The notes under the pieces are model-generated. The model was given only the letters and a program-made list of their open reading frames with translations. It was not told the origin of the DNA and did no database searches. DNA of 63,005 bases, the filler included, from Octopus bimaculoides (taxonomy: Eukaryota), in the NCBI RefSeq assembly GCF_001194135.2. It is 4 parts of 4 records of this genome, joined end to end, with 100 filler letters (N's around TTAATTAATTAA, not from the genome) between each part and the next. Parts side by side here need not be neighbours in the genome. Positions count along the whole stretch, not along the records: positions 14,405 to 37,756 come from NC_068983.1; positions 37,857 to 58,758 come from NC_068989.1; 2 more parts are not named here. One strand, given 5' to 3'. Shown here piece by piece: positions 25,365 to 38,179 of this stretch. The position numbers and the translations under genes were made by a program. Numbering within the stretch: position 1 is the stretch's first letter; each line of letters begins with the position of its first letter.

Positions 25365-25560
25365 CTATCAAAAAACTACAGAGTAACAATTCTATCATAA
25401 TACTTCCAGCGGACAAGGGAAATGTTACAGTGGTGATGAACAAGTCTGACTACTCTGAAAAGTTGGCAAGTCTTATAAGTGATTGTAGCTACAGCAAACT
25501 CTGTAAACAGAGAGGAAGTTGTCACAGATCTTGATCAAGAACAAGGATCACTTTACACCA
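25365..25560 (+). mobile_element. Penelope-like element RT N-terminal fragment
   Basis: IKKLQSNNSIIILPADKGNVTVVMNKSDYSEKL matches the PLE ADKGNxxVVMxxxDY motif. Confidence 0.8.
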
Positions 25561-25931
25561 ATGATGCAATTATCAGGTTCATATCTCGCGACATGGTGAT
25601 CTTATATCAAGATAAACAGCGCATGACCTTGCAGGTGGGGCTCAGTTAGAATTTTCTTCAGGTCGAGTAGCCCATCCCGCTTAAAAGGTCCCAGAATAAG
25701 GGTTATTTAAAGATGTTGAACGAAATAACCATGTTTCTAGAGGAGAACTATTAAAGCTCCAAAGAATTCCTCATAACACATTGCTATGATGTTCCTCAAT
25801 TACTTCTGCCCGTGATCAGAGAAGCGCATACGATCAGCCACGACATGCTAAAACTGCTTAGGGTTGAACAACTGACAAGAAAATATTTGGTTTTGAGCAG
25901 AATATTTACTGTAGCTCATCTTTTATTACTA

Positions 25932-26135
25932 TTATCGTTAGCACACTGGACGAAATGCTTCGCCCGTCACTACGTATTGCGTTCAAATTCTGCCGAGGTC
26001 CACTTTGGCTTTCATCCTTTCGGATTCGATTAGATAAGCACCAGTTGCGCACTGTGGTCGATGTAATCGACTATCCCCCTCTCCCAAATTTCAGGCCTTG
26101 TGCCTATAATAGAAAGGATTATTATTATTATTATT
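25932..26135 (+). mobile_element. SINE family C ending in (ATT)n
   Basis: atcgttagcacactggacgaaatgctt...gttcaaattctgccgaggtccactttggctttcatcctttcgg...agaaaggattattatt. Confidence 0.85.
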
Positions 26136-26139
26136 ATTC

Positions 26140-26665
26140 AGTAGTTTTATTTTTATAACGTGCTTTCACTTCACTACCGAGCGCAGCTCTGTGCGCCTCG
26201 GGTATGTGCTGTGGTTTGCTGTGGTGCTCTTATGTTTACTGTATTGAAAGTGTTTTGCGTAGAATGTGTGCAGTACTCAGTAGTGCAATTTTCTGTATGT
26301 TATATATATTTGTAAGTCCTGGTGTTTTTGTTATGTATTTGTCTGAATATTTTTTTATTATACCTAAGGCACCTACTATGATAGGAATTGTTTCTGTTTT
26401 TAGATTCCACATTCGAGTTATCTCTATTTCCAGGTCTTTGTATTTTGAAAGTTTTTCCATTTCTTNNNNNNNNNNGGTATTGATACATCAATTAGAAAGC
26501 ATTTTTTTCCTTCATGATCTTTGACAACTATATCTGGTCTATTTGCCTTAATTTCTCTATCTGTGTGTATTGGCATATCCCAGAGTATGGTTGCTTTCTC
26601 GTTTTCTGTGACCTTTTCTGGCGTGTGTTTATACCATCTTTTTTCTGTTGTTATTCCATAGTGTT
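26140..26665 (-). mobile_element. R4/Dong-type LINE 3' end (RLE domain), between two (AAT)n arrays
   Basis: TILWDMPIHTDREIKANRPDIVVKD...LIDVSIP..[gap]..EKLSKYKDLEIEITRMW...IPIIVGALG...QKIALLSTAHILRKTLSIQ*. Confidence 0.9.
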
Positions 26666-26667
26666 GG

Positions 26668-26731
<64 letters not shown>

Positions 26732-27754
26732 TACTGCTGAACACGAAAGACATTGCTGAAGGTGTGAAGTAGATCTTGTTTAAAACTTCAGTTTACAACC
26801 GTCTGTTGTGTTATTTTCGTTTAAATATTGTTCCAGTTTGTTAATAGAATTACTTAGGGGACCTGGCATTGGGTTGCTGTGTTTGTTTAGGCTCTACGGG
26901 GCTATATTCGACCAAAATAAATTCGGTGTGCGTTTGAATACAATATAAATAGACAAGATGGTGGAAAGAATCTTGGAAGACTAAATTATTCTTTTTAAAT
27001 GCTGAAGATTTTCCTTCTCTTCCCTCATCTACTGATACCATTACCGGAGAGGGGAAGGGAAAAAGAAGGTCACCAAAGTTCAAAGTCTTCGCCATTGTAG
27101 CAACAGTGAAAGCATTGGCAATAGCAGTGACAGCAATGAAAGCGGCGGCAACGGCGGAGACAGCGGAGAGGAGACAGTGGTGGCGGAGACACCGGCGGCA
27201 GAAGTAGTAGTATTTTTAGCAACAGCAACGCAATTCAGAACACAATGGATTTTAATGGAGAAAATATTTCTACAAATTAAGGCGGTGATGGCGGAGTGTA
27301 GAGTGGCAACAGTGGAAGTGGCCACAACACCACCACCATCAGTACCAACAGCATCAGCAGCAGCAGTAACAACAGCAACAACAACAACAACAACGTCGAC
27401 GATAGCAACAACAAAATAATAACAAAAACAAAAGGTCTGCTGTCAGTAATTTTTACGATTTCTCTGTTCCATTCGGCGGATAGCTGTTTGTTCTTTCCAG
27501 TGCACGAGCAATCCTCATCCGACATCTTTCTTGAGAAAAAATTAAGGGGTCTGTTTGCTGAACAGATCTCGATTTAGCCTGTAAGGGCTGCCGATGGATA
27601 AAACTAACCAGCTCTCTATGGTTCTGGTTAGTCTATCTATAAAAAAGATAAGAAATAACTTTGTGTAAAAGTACAAGTGATAACACAATTACGGGACCGA
27701 TAAGCAATACACGTGGATAGACGAACAAAATATTAATATTGATAATAATGATTT

Positions 27755-27950
27755 CAAATTTTGGTACAGGCTCAGCAATTTTGGGGGAGGGGCTAAGTCG
27801 ATAACATCGACACCAAATTTCCACCCGTACTTATTTTATCAACTCCGGAAGGATAAAACGCAAAATCAGCCTCAGCGGAATTTGAACTCAGAACATAAAG
27901 ACAGACGTATTTCGTCCGGCTCGCTAACGATTCTGCCTGCTTGTCACGTT
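27755..27950 (-). mobile_element. SINE family C
   Basis: Reverse complement contains gttctgagttcaaattccgctgaggctgattttgcgttttatccttccggagttgataaaataagtac and a caaaattgctgagcctgtaccaaaatttgaaatc tail. Confidence 0.8.
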
Positions 27951-28086
27951 AATAAAAAAAGAAAAAAAAAGCACTAACTGATATCCCCGTCCCTAACCAA
28001 TCGTTTGTGCTAAATACAAATTAATGAGCATAAAGCTATATCTGTAATAGTTATTGAGTACACGTGGGTGTAAGAGTGTGTATGTA

Positions 28087-28135
<49 letters not shown>

Positions 28136-28438
28136 TAGAGAGAGAGAAAGAGAGAAAGAAAGAGAGAGAGAGAGAGACTATGAATTCGATTCATCCAGGC
28201 TTCATTCCATACTACTGATAGAGATTATAACATAGAGATATATATCATAGAGATATATAACAAAGTATTTATTGCATCAATAAAATGCAGTGTAGGAGGT
28301 TGTACTTCTTAGTTTGACGAATTGTAGTAATGAGCAGCTTTCGAAGGTTTTCATATTTTATCGTCCAACGAAAGCTGGCAGATAATCCCTACTTCTTACC
28401 TTAATCCTGATAGCATATAGATGTAGTATAAGAGAACG

Positions 28439-28492
<54 letters not shown>

Positions 28493-28696
28493 TCACAAAC
28501 AGACACACACACATAATCACAAATACACACATACACACATACACACACACACCAGACCACTTGATGACACCATGTCTGTTGAAACAATCTTTGTGCCAAG
28601 TTTTAAATATGTCAATAGACCGCTAAAGTATATANNNNNNNNNNNNNNNNNNNNNNNNNNNNNNNNCTGTGTGTGTGTGCGTGTGTCTGTGTGTGT

Positions 28697-28731
<35 letters not shown>

Positions 28732-28751
28732 TGTGTGCATGTGTATATATA

Positions 28752-29420
28752 CAAGGAGGTGTTGAAAACTTCCTGGCCTTGGGTAAAGGAAAATACAAGA
28801 TCATTTAATTATGATGCTATTCAACATATTCCTTTCACAGATTCACGTACTTTTTGCAGAGGTCCTTTGGCTTTAAAAAAAAGCTCTGTAAAAGGAACAC
28901 GAAAGGTTTGGCCTGTTACCAGGCAGCGGTCATTTCCGAATCGGAGTGCAATTTCTTCTCCTTGAGATTTTTCTTCCGTTGTGGAAGGAAGTGATAGTGA
29001 GATATGACAATGTCAGGGTAGTAAGGAGAGTGGTCTACCAATTCGAAACCAAAGTCGCGTATTTCCGTAGAGTTTAATGTGCTCTGTGTGCTGGTACATT
29101 GTCCTACAAAAGCAGGACACCTTCAAAGGCATTTCTGCTTCAAAGCATCACGCAGTTCATTCAACAGAGAAATATAGTATGGGGCGTTGATGGTGCGACC
29201 ATTTGGCATGTATTTTATGAAGAGTACACTGTCTGTGTTTCAGAACACAGAAGCCAGTATCTTTCCAGCTAACCTGTGGATCCGAAACTTCTTGGGACAT
29301 GGTGAACTGTTGTGGCGCCACTGAATTGATTGCTGCTTGATCTGAGGATCATAATGATGAAGCAAAGTTTCATCCATGGCAACTATACGAGCCATAAAAT
29401 CGGCACCCATTTTGCGGTAG
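28752..29420 (-). mobile_element. Mariner transposase relic (3' half with one TIR)
   Basis: RIVAMDETLLHHYDPQIKQQSIQWRH...KKFR...GKILASVF...TINAPYY...HSPYYPD; TIR-like caaggaggtgttgaaaacttcc next to TA at 28750-28751. Confidence 0.88.
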
Positions 29421-29720
29421 AATATTTGCAACCGCAAATATGAACTGCAAAAGCAGAAATTTAATTTACTGCATCAAATGCCCGAATTGTGAAGAGATAT
29501 ACGTTGGTTAGACTGAAAATGTATTATCGGAACGTTCATGTGTACATAACAACAAATGAGGGACCCTGATGTCTGTTAGATCTCTTTAATCAACCATCTG
29601 GCAACATGTGGTCAGAAAAAGTTCATAATGTTCCCATTTTTCAAACTACATAACTCAAGTGAAGTTGAGAGAAAAGTCAGATAAAAGAATTTTATTGATA
29701 AATTGAAATCCGTTTGAAAT
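29415..29720 (+). mobile_element. Penelope-like GIY-YIG endonuclease relic
   Basis: MNCKSRNLIYCIKCPNCEEIYVG*T...HLATCG..KFIMFPFF...FIDKLK; the CxSxNLIYxIxCxxC..YVGxT pattern is PLE-type. Confidence 0.85.
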
Positions 29721-29724
29721 TGAC

Positions 29725-30700
29725 AATAATAATAATAATAGCCCTTTATTTATTAGCCGCAGGGGCGGACAAAAATGAGATTGGACATTACAAAACGTGA
29801 AGGACAAATTGGGGTTACATACAGTGTCGTGTAAAAAGAATTAACAAGGAAAAATATAACAAAAAAATGCCTAAAAGTGGCAAGCAACTCATAGACCCCA
29901 CGAAAAATCTACAAGCGCCCCGACCCCTAGGGGAAGTGCCTCATCATTCTCTCTCTCTCTCTGCTTTTGAAATTCAAAAGCGCATGCTCAAAGACACGGA
30001 CCATCTTCGCCACATTCACCCACCTTTCAACAAATTTGCTGGAAGTCAGTACTTCTTTCTTAACCTTTACATTCCTTTTCAGATGGTATCTGAAAAAGTT
30101 GATGAGGGTAAGCCAAAGAGGAAAGTATCTGTCTTCAGCCCATTCAGTCTAGACCACCACACAACCTCTTTCGCTACAGCCACGATAGAAATGAAAATTG
30201 CCTTCCCTTGGCGGCCAAAGAAAGGAAGCGGAGCAATCCTTATGATAGAATCAGCCGACAAGCGGACACGTCCTATACGCGACAGCAGGTGTTCGACATA
30301 AACCCATATATGCACACATCTCGAGCAGGTCCGACTGACGGCACTTCTGTGCCTGTAGAGCTCTAGGGATTTCTGGAAGTAATCCGTAGGCCCCGGCCTG
30401 AAAGTCCTCCGGAACAGACTAGCGAGTTGAAATTCATCGACGCGTAGAGCGTCCCCGAGAATGTCGTCGTTTCCTTTCACCACTAACCCTCTATACAACG
30501 CCATAGTAGAACTTCAACTAATCGCATTGCCCGACTGACTGAGGTGCGTGAGTGCTTGGTGACACTTAAAGTACCTGACATCCAGCCTCGGTCTATTCTT
30601 GATCCAAAATAGCAGCTCAGTCAAACAGACGAAATGCGGGAAAGCGAGTCTGACAAATGGCAACCACACCTGCTCACCTTCGTCGAGAAAATGCTGTATC
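29725..30700 (-). mobile_element. L1/Tx1-type LINE 3' end
   Basis: QVWLPFVRLAFP..., MALYRG..., RTCSRCVHIWVYVEHLLSRIGRVRLSADSI...AVAKEVVWWSRLNGL; 3' UTR ends aataaataaagggct(att)n. The clade call rests on recalled motif style. Confidence 0.65.
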
Positions 30701-31704
30701 CTACGTTTTGTATGTTTACGCAGACACGTCTATATTCATGTTTATTGCCCAACCGGTCTTTCCGTTTTCTAGCTTGTAGATAATGGTTTGAGTGGTTTGT
30801 GGAAATTGTGTCTTCTAGCTCTGAGTGATTAATCGAAGAACATGCACAACTTTTAACATCGTCCTCAGGCTTTGGTTTGCTGTAATTTAGTGCTTCAGAC
30901 AATCATAGCCTGGTATCATAGTGGTATATTTTCTCGGGGGAAATGGTTAGTAGTTGTGTTCATTCTTACTGGATTATATATAAGGAAAATGCAGAATAGC
31001 TCTGGTGGATATAGGTAACCGCAGTGTTCCTAATGGTATTTTTTGTGTGTATGGAAATGCTCACGATCAGATACCTTGTTGGATAGAAGTGAATGAAGAC
31101 AATTTCGCATTGTGTGTATACCTTGTTTTAAAAGCTTTATCAGGTGTGAGGTGAAAACTCTATGGGTCTTTTAATAGCTTTGCAGCCTCTTACGAAGGAA
31201 GGTGGTATTATTGTTGAGCCGGGATCTTGTTCAAATATAAACAACAGTGTAAAACCCCTTGATAGATTCAGCCTGTCTCTCAAGAACTGGAATGTTGCCA
31301 TTGACGAGCTTGCATACATTTTCTATCCAGCAATCTTCATTCACGAACATTTTGTTGGTCCTCGTTTATAGCAGAAGATACTTGTTCAAGAAGCCGAGTA
31401 GTAGGTTCGAACACGAAACCCCATGGTTAAGAAACTAGCTTTCTGTTTTTAAACGATACGGTCATACCTCACTTTTATGCTGTAATAAGACATGTTGATC
31501 GCGGTAAAGTGAAACTGAAGTCACAGGAAAAATAATTCAGTGTAAATAAATAATATTGATTACACTCTTCATTGTTTCATTTACAAAATGTGGCGTTTGA
31601 ATATACATACAACCATATGTGTACATGCATATACATGTATATAAATATATATATTTATGTGTGTGTGTGTGGATATATGCACACACACACACACACACAG
31701 ACAC

Positions 31705-31748
<44 letters not shown>

Positions 31749-34327
31749 ACTCACACATACAGACACACTCACCTACACATGTAAATATTTTATATATATA
31801 TATATATGTATCATGTTTACATGCGACATGCACACTGTTTTAAATGAAATATATATCTCTTTCTGTGTATGTTCAGCCCACATCTATCAGCTCGTCAATA
31901 ACACTGGCATATAATTCTTTTTTCATAAAGCAATTTAATATTATGATATTTGAGAAATATTTGTTCGAGCTTTTGCTTTTTATTATTACTAAACATTCGA
32001 CTCGTAAAACACAACGATATTTATTTTTTGCACAAATATCATTAACAAATAATTTGCTACATTTTAGATGGAAGATTATTTTTTGTACTCGATATATTGG
32101 ACATTCGGTTATATCACTAAATTGAACACCATAATATGTTTTATTGAAAGATGTCGAAAGTTGTGTTACGCTTATCGAATAGAGTTATTTACATGCACAC
32201 ATACATAAAACAACAATAATTACATCGACAACTTCATCTTTTCCAAACGGTCTGCTTATTTCTAATACAAGTGAAAACTTTATTTAGTTTAGCAATATAT
32301 TAAGTCGAGCTCATATAAAAGCCAAAATATTTATCTGACACTGGTAAATTTCTTTGACGCGGTTTACTCTGTCTCCGAACGAAAACGTATTCGTATGAAA
32401 TAGAACAGAGGATTACTCAAAAATACACATTCTAATATAACCAGTCCTTGAAGATTATATTAAGTTTAGTCTCTTGCAAATATTTTATAATTACTGTGGT
32501 CTTCATGTTCTGAATACACCGGATTTGGCAACATTTCTCTATATTTTCACTCATTTGCCAAGATACTTTATGGGTAAACAGATATGAATTGTACTTACTG
32601 ATCTCCGTTTTATTCTAGGGATTACGCATCGATCATAACTTGACCACAGCAATGCGGTTAGTAGGAACTATAATCACGTATAGTAAAGAAGATAAATATA
32701 CCTTTTATATCTTCTTTGACTAGTGTTCTTCGTCAATAATCTTCTGCTGTCATATCGATTATATAATCTAAGAAATAGCTAAATACCAACAAACCCACTC
32801 ACATTTTCAGAATCATCACCTCTCAAAGTTAAAATGCATAATGATTCTTATTTGTATTTAAAGGATTTCTTGGGAGAATATACAAGATTATTCGTTACAT
32901 GTGTTTTACAGAATGGTATTCTAGCTTGTTACTCTAAATATTTAGATAATTCGTTGCTAGAGGATAGTTCCCAAAATATACTCTAGTAATAACAATATTG
33001 TTGGTTGGGTCGATTTATCAACACCGATTATAAATTCCCATATGCCGCTCGACAATTTGTATCTTGGCTATTCAATAAATAATATTTGACAGATAATTAC
33101 AGTGATGCACATATAATGTTTTATAGTTTTATGGTCACATGTATTCAAAACTCGATTCACATCTTTTCATATTTAGATACATGTTCTCAAGTTATTAGCT
33201 TACTTATGACAACAATTCTCCAAAGGCGATATATTAACCTAGTAATATTTTATTGACGTTGTTAACCTTTACATATACAGTGCCTTATACTAATTTCTCA
33301 CATAGTGTGTATACATTTACGAACACATCATTGAATATCTCCACAAATATACAGAACCAAGGAATTGAAGTGAATGGGATATGTGCCTACGCAACGTCCA
33401 ATTATTTTGCTTCTATATCATTTCATTCGTTGTTACATTTTTTCTAGTCAACTTATTGTCCTTCTCTACATCAATTTGTAATTTGTTTTTAAATCCTTCT
33501 TTAAAATGACAAGATTACTTAGTGAAATCTTCTAAGCATAGAAATAATATTCAATTTATACAACGTTGCATAGGTGTACTCAAAGGATTCCTTGAAAAAC
33601 GTGGATAGTTTTCATTTAGAAACTAATTCAAGGAGGTTTAATGCATAAAGAAAGCATAATAAACAATCCATACGGAGTTCTTCTGAACCACTCATAAATT
33701 TGCATAATAATAATAAATATAAAGTGACAATTATGTCAGAGAGGGAGAAATCAAATTCGTATTTAACAAAATCTCTTAGTAATTACTCGGATGAAGTGAC
33801 ACTGCTATAAAAATCAAACAAATGTCATTCATCAGAGAATCCTATATCTACGTTAACAATTAAACGTTAACCAGAAAAAGAAAAAAAAAAGATAATTTTT
33901 ATGAAAGTCAGATAACATAAGACACATTCAAAGTGGAAAAATAAGTATCATGACAAACATCAATGAGTTCATTTTACGATGCAAAACAATACTTAAAAAC
34001 TGAGAATGAGAGGGAGAGTGTTTGAAGTGGTGTACAAATATCGTATATTGAGAAAAAGGAGGCAGGTAGAATTTTGGATAATTAGCACTTTCGTTCATTA
34101 ATCGAACTCTTCAAGACAAAAATTAAAACGTATTCTTTTCTGTGAATCAGATTTTTTTTGCTTTGTTTAGAAGAGAAGAAAATGTCTTTATGTATTTTTT
34201 TGGAGAAAGAAATAAAAGATATGGAACAGGAAAACCAAGAAAGAAGAGCAAAGAGGGGGAAAAGACACACACACACACACATACACGCACATGCACGCAC
34301 ACACGCATACACACATATATAAACAAA

Positions 34328-34460
<133 letters not shown>

Positions 34461-35334
34461 ATCTTTTCAATTTGGTATGGTCAACCCATTGAAATTTCAT
34501 TACAAAGCATTTTTCTATTTTTTGTTCCCTTTCTCATCTTTCCTTTCTCATTGTATACCTATCAACGTATTTGTAAATAAACATTTTCTCATACACGATC
34601 TTTCAAAATGTCAAGTTTAGGAAAGTACGATGGGAAAAAAGAGGAAGAAGAAAAATATTTTGCTTCTCACGAGGGTAAATTTTGAAAATAAAACGAGTTC
34701 ATAATCCAATGAAAATGTGCATTACTTCATACTTGCAGAGTCAATTTCCATATTCTGTGTAATTCCATGTTTTGCACAAACAACCACCATATATTAGTAC
34801 AACATTCATAAATTAGGAAAATAAAGTCAGAATATAAAAAATGATTTGTATACGGTACTGTTTATAATCCAATCTATTTTCTATGTACATTTAATGAAAC
34901 ATCATAACATGTATATTGTATATTTAGTTGGAAGGCAGTCCGTAAGATATAAATTATATAACAAAGTAGGACCCGTTTAACGATATCTTTGAGTATCTTT
35001 CATCATTTTGTCGAGTATATTTTTCTTGTGTGGATAAAATAATTCAAAATAGATATTTTTACACGAATTACTTTGCCAAGTAACGACATTAGATACCCTT
35101 CCTAATCTCAGGTAAAATGGCTGTGATATCTTTTTCGGATATGTGTTAGTATTGTGAGTCTATAAGAACAATAGATGCCAAAATCCTGATGTTATCCATA
35201 TATCTGACCGTTTATTTTGTTGGTATAAATAGAGATGAGCATCATGTTATTAACATTGGAAACACATTCAGAAACAACAATAACATAATATAAATGCTTT
35301 CTCTACATTCATCATCATAATATCCGTCAAATGT

Positions 35335-36290
35335 AAATAATGTAAATAATGTGTTGAGTATATAATTAAATGTTTGTAGGCCCTCACATGATCTCTCCCA
35401 AAAGATGAAGCAGTTATCGAGGAAGCGTTTCCACTTTTTAATAACGTATTTTTGCAATCACGATTAAAAGCTTTCTCTATCTCCTCGTAAAGCTTTTCTT
35501 CCAAGTACCCCTTGACTAGGTTAGCATATGAGGGTGCGAACCTCGTCCCCATAGCCGTACACTTTACCAGTAAATATGTTTTATTATCGAATCTAAAGGT
35601 GTTTTTTTCTTGTACCAAGCATGTGACTTTGGTAATAAACTCAGTTTTGAAGCGTTCGTTTATTCGTCCTCTATGTTTTCTACCCAGTGTTTGACGGCTT
35701 CCAAAGTGTGAGGTATGTTGGTATAAAGATTAGTGACATCAAAGCCTGTAAATATCAAAACCTGAGACAGTGGGCGGAATCTGTTTGAGGAAATCCATGC
35801 TGTCCCGTATATAGCTGGGTATTAATGGGCACAAAGTTTTGAGGAATATATACAAAAGATGACTCAGTTGTTGTGTTGGGGCTTGAGGTCCAGTCCAGCA
35901 ACAATTTGAGGTCAGTAAGTCATGTATTAGTTCTCTGTTCATTCATGGCTCTCTGTATTTCGTAGCTTTTGTAAATCTTGGGTAATCCGTAGAAATTGTT
36001 CTTTTTGATTACAGAGTTGCATAAATAATCTTTCTCCTTGTCTGTGAAAGAATCTTGGTATTCATTAATTAGTTTTGATTTTATTCATTAATTCCTTCTC
36101 CGGGTGTCTTCGTTCTTTCTTGTAGTAGGTTTGGTCTGTTAGAAGTTCGAATATTGTACCTCTATAGTAGTTCTTGTCCATAATTAATATCACCCTTCCC
36201 TTATCGGCTTCTTTTAGGATGATTGAACTGTCATTCTTCAGTGTTAGTAAGGCGTCCTCTGCTTCTTCACGAAAGTTCTGTTTGCGTTTA
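35335..36290 (-). mobile_element. Penelope-like element reverse transcriptase, degenerate
   Basis: LKNDSSIILKEADKGRVILIMDKNYY, GPQAPTQQLSHLL...PSYIRDSMDFL, NTFRFDNKTYL...TAMGTRFAPSYANL, WKRFLDNCFIFW. Confidence 0.9.
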
Positions 36291-36325
36291 CGGGTACTTA
36301 GGGGAAATTTAGAAATCGAAAAGGA

Positions 36326-36365
<40 letters not shown>

Positions 36366-36622
36366 CTCCTGTCCATCTTTTTACCCCACTTTGCTTTTCC
36401 TTCTCCATTGTCCTGCTCCTTATCTTCTTTTCTTTCTCGAAAAGGACAAAAAGCATTTTCTCCTCTTCTACACAAAGTAAAAAGCATATGATTTACATAA
36501 AAGAACGAGAAAACGTTCCCTTTTTATCATTTTGGTTTTAATTTTTGTCTTGAAGAGTTCGGTTAACAAAAGAAAGCGCTAATAAAGTATCACCCAAAAT
36601 TCTGACTGCTTCATTTTTCTCA

Positions 36623-36676
<54 letters not shown>

Positions 36677-36774
36677 ACGTACGTACGCACGCACGCATGC
36701 ACGCACGAACACACGCACGCAAGCACGCACGTCAGTAAAAGAATGCGGAAGACATAACTGTGGGATACGCGTCA

Positions 36775-37130
36775 ATTTAATTGATCAGAGTTCTCCATCA
36801 AACAGGGACAACGTTTCCCAGTGAAAATCAGCTTCACATGTGCTTCGGAGAACCTGATATACGCACTAACCTTCTTTGGGTATCATGAGCGATACATAAG
36901 CCAAACAAAAAACAGATTATGTGAAAGGACGGCTCAGCACAGATCCTAGATCAACATTCCCCAAAACAGAAGAATTACATTCAGCCAACGCATCGAAATC
37001 TGCGCCAATAACAAAAATCCAAGCTTCAGAATTTTACCCCCTCTACCAATTCAGGGACGATGCAACCTGTAGTCAACGGATTAGTTAAGAGACTCTATTA
37101 CAAAATACAGACCCCTTTTAAACGCATCTA
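36775..37130 (+). mobile_element. Penelope-like GIY-YIG endonuclease relic
   Basis: FPVKISFTCASENLIYALT...RYISQTKNRLCERTAQHRS...EICANNKNPSFRILPLYQ. Confidence 0.8.
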
Positions 37131-37156
37131 CAGCAAACGACATAGCCACCACAGCC

Positions 37157-37545
37157 TTAGAATAACATAAACACACACGCAAATATTAAAAATGATACAT
37201 TCAAGAGATAACCAAGAATTCATTAAAAACAGTCCCATTCACTGCTATAATCCAAAACGAGCCACTTTTAGGTCACTTGACCAATTAACATCCTACTACT
37301 ATCATACCACCTGTATTCCCTTATTATTATCTCTTCTCTTTCTCCTTCTTCTTTGTATTCTTCCTCTTTGGCGCCTCCTTCCTTACTTTACTACTATTGC
37401 TGCTTAGAATAACACCTACGCAAATATTATAAACAATACATTCAAAAGAGATGTCTCAAGAATTCAATCACTTCTACCATCCACAAGTCACTTTCAGGAC
37501 ACTTGACCATTTAACATACTACTACTATCATGGCACTCCTGCATT
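37157..37545 (+). repeat. Diverged tandem duplication (period about 247 bp) downstream of the GIY-YIG relic; pseudo-LTR-like
   Basis: ttagaataaca..cgcaaatatta..acattcaa..caagaattca..cacttgacca..ttaacat..ctactactatcat occurs at 37157 and again at 37404. Confidence 0.75.
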
Positions 37546-37640
37546 CTTCTTCTTCTTCTTCTTCTTCTTCTTCTTCTTCTTCTTCTTCTTCTTCTTCTTC
37601 TTCTTCTTCTTCTTCTTCTTCTTCTTCTTCTTCTTCTTCT
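37544..37640. repeat. (TTC)n microsatellite
   Basis: Direct reading. Confidence 0.97.
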
Positions 37641-37702
37641 TCACAACGACTTCGAACCCACAAGATTAAACAAGAGAGACAGAATTTAATTGTTTTCCTT
37701 AC

Positions 37703-37744
37703 TTACTGTTGAAAAAGTCTCAATGACTGAAACCGGCACTGAAG
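37703..37744 (+). ncRNA. Degenerate minimal hammerhead-ribozyme motif (probably inactive copy)
   Basis: TTGAAAA-agtc-tcaat-gact-GAAA-ccgg-CA; same as the 45137-45178 copy but U16.1 is C and stem I has an extra mismatch. Confidence 0.5.
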
Positions 37745-38137
37745 TGTTTTTTTATANNNNNNNNNNNNNNNNNNNNNNNNNNNNNNNNNNNNNNNNNNNN
37801 TTAATTAATTAANNNNNNNNNNNNNNNNNNNNNNNNNNNNNNNNNNNNNNNNNNNNCATTAAATTCAAATATTTGCTATAGATAGTATTAACAATAGTAA
37901 CATCTTATTTCGAATGTAAACATTCGAATGTTTTTTGCTCATAAATATTTTGCACCATGAGTTGCTGGTTTTGGCGCAGAATATGCCAGAGCTCTAATGG
38001 ATTTATAACGAGGTGGATTTGTAATTTATTTCCCAGTGACTCATACTGAAGAAGGTTGAGGCCCTCAGGCCAACTCCCTAAACCATGGTATATGAGCATC
38101 TGAACACCATAATTTTTATAGGTATGCTTTTTAATTC

Positions 38138-38179
<42 letters not shown>

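Noticed and set aside
26830-26950. Plus-strand exon-like stretch (ELLRGPGIGLLCLFRLYGAIFDQNKF)
   Set aside because: Weak splice signals and no identifiable homologue.
27080-27420. Ala/Thr-rich ORFs in a GC-richer tract (also 7926-8222)
   Set aside because: Degenerate CAG/CAA/ACA trinucleotide arrays, open on both strands, with no splice or homology support.
30621-30902. 93-aa minus-strand ORF (MSEALNYSKPK...)
   Set aside because: Begins at TTG right after a stop, the nearby acceptor gives stops in all frames, its 3' end overlaps the Tx1 relic, and I recognise no homology.
37801-37812. Recurrent palindrome TTAATTAATTAA
   Set aside because: Always centred in exactly 100-nt gaps (44 N each side), so it is a scaffolding linker and not biological.
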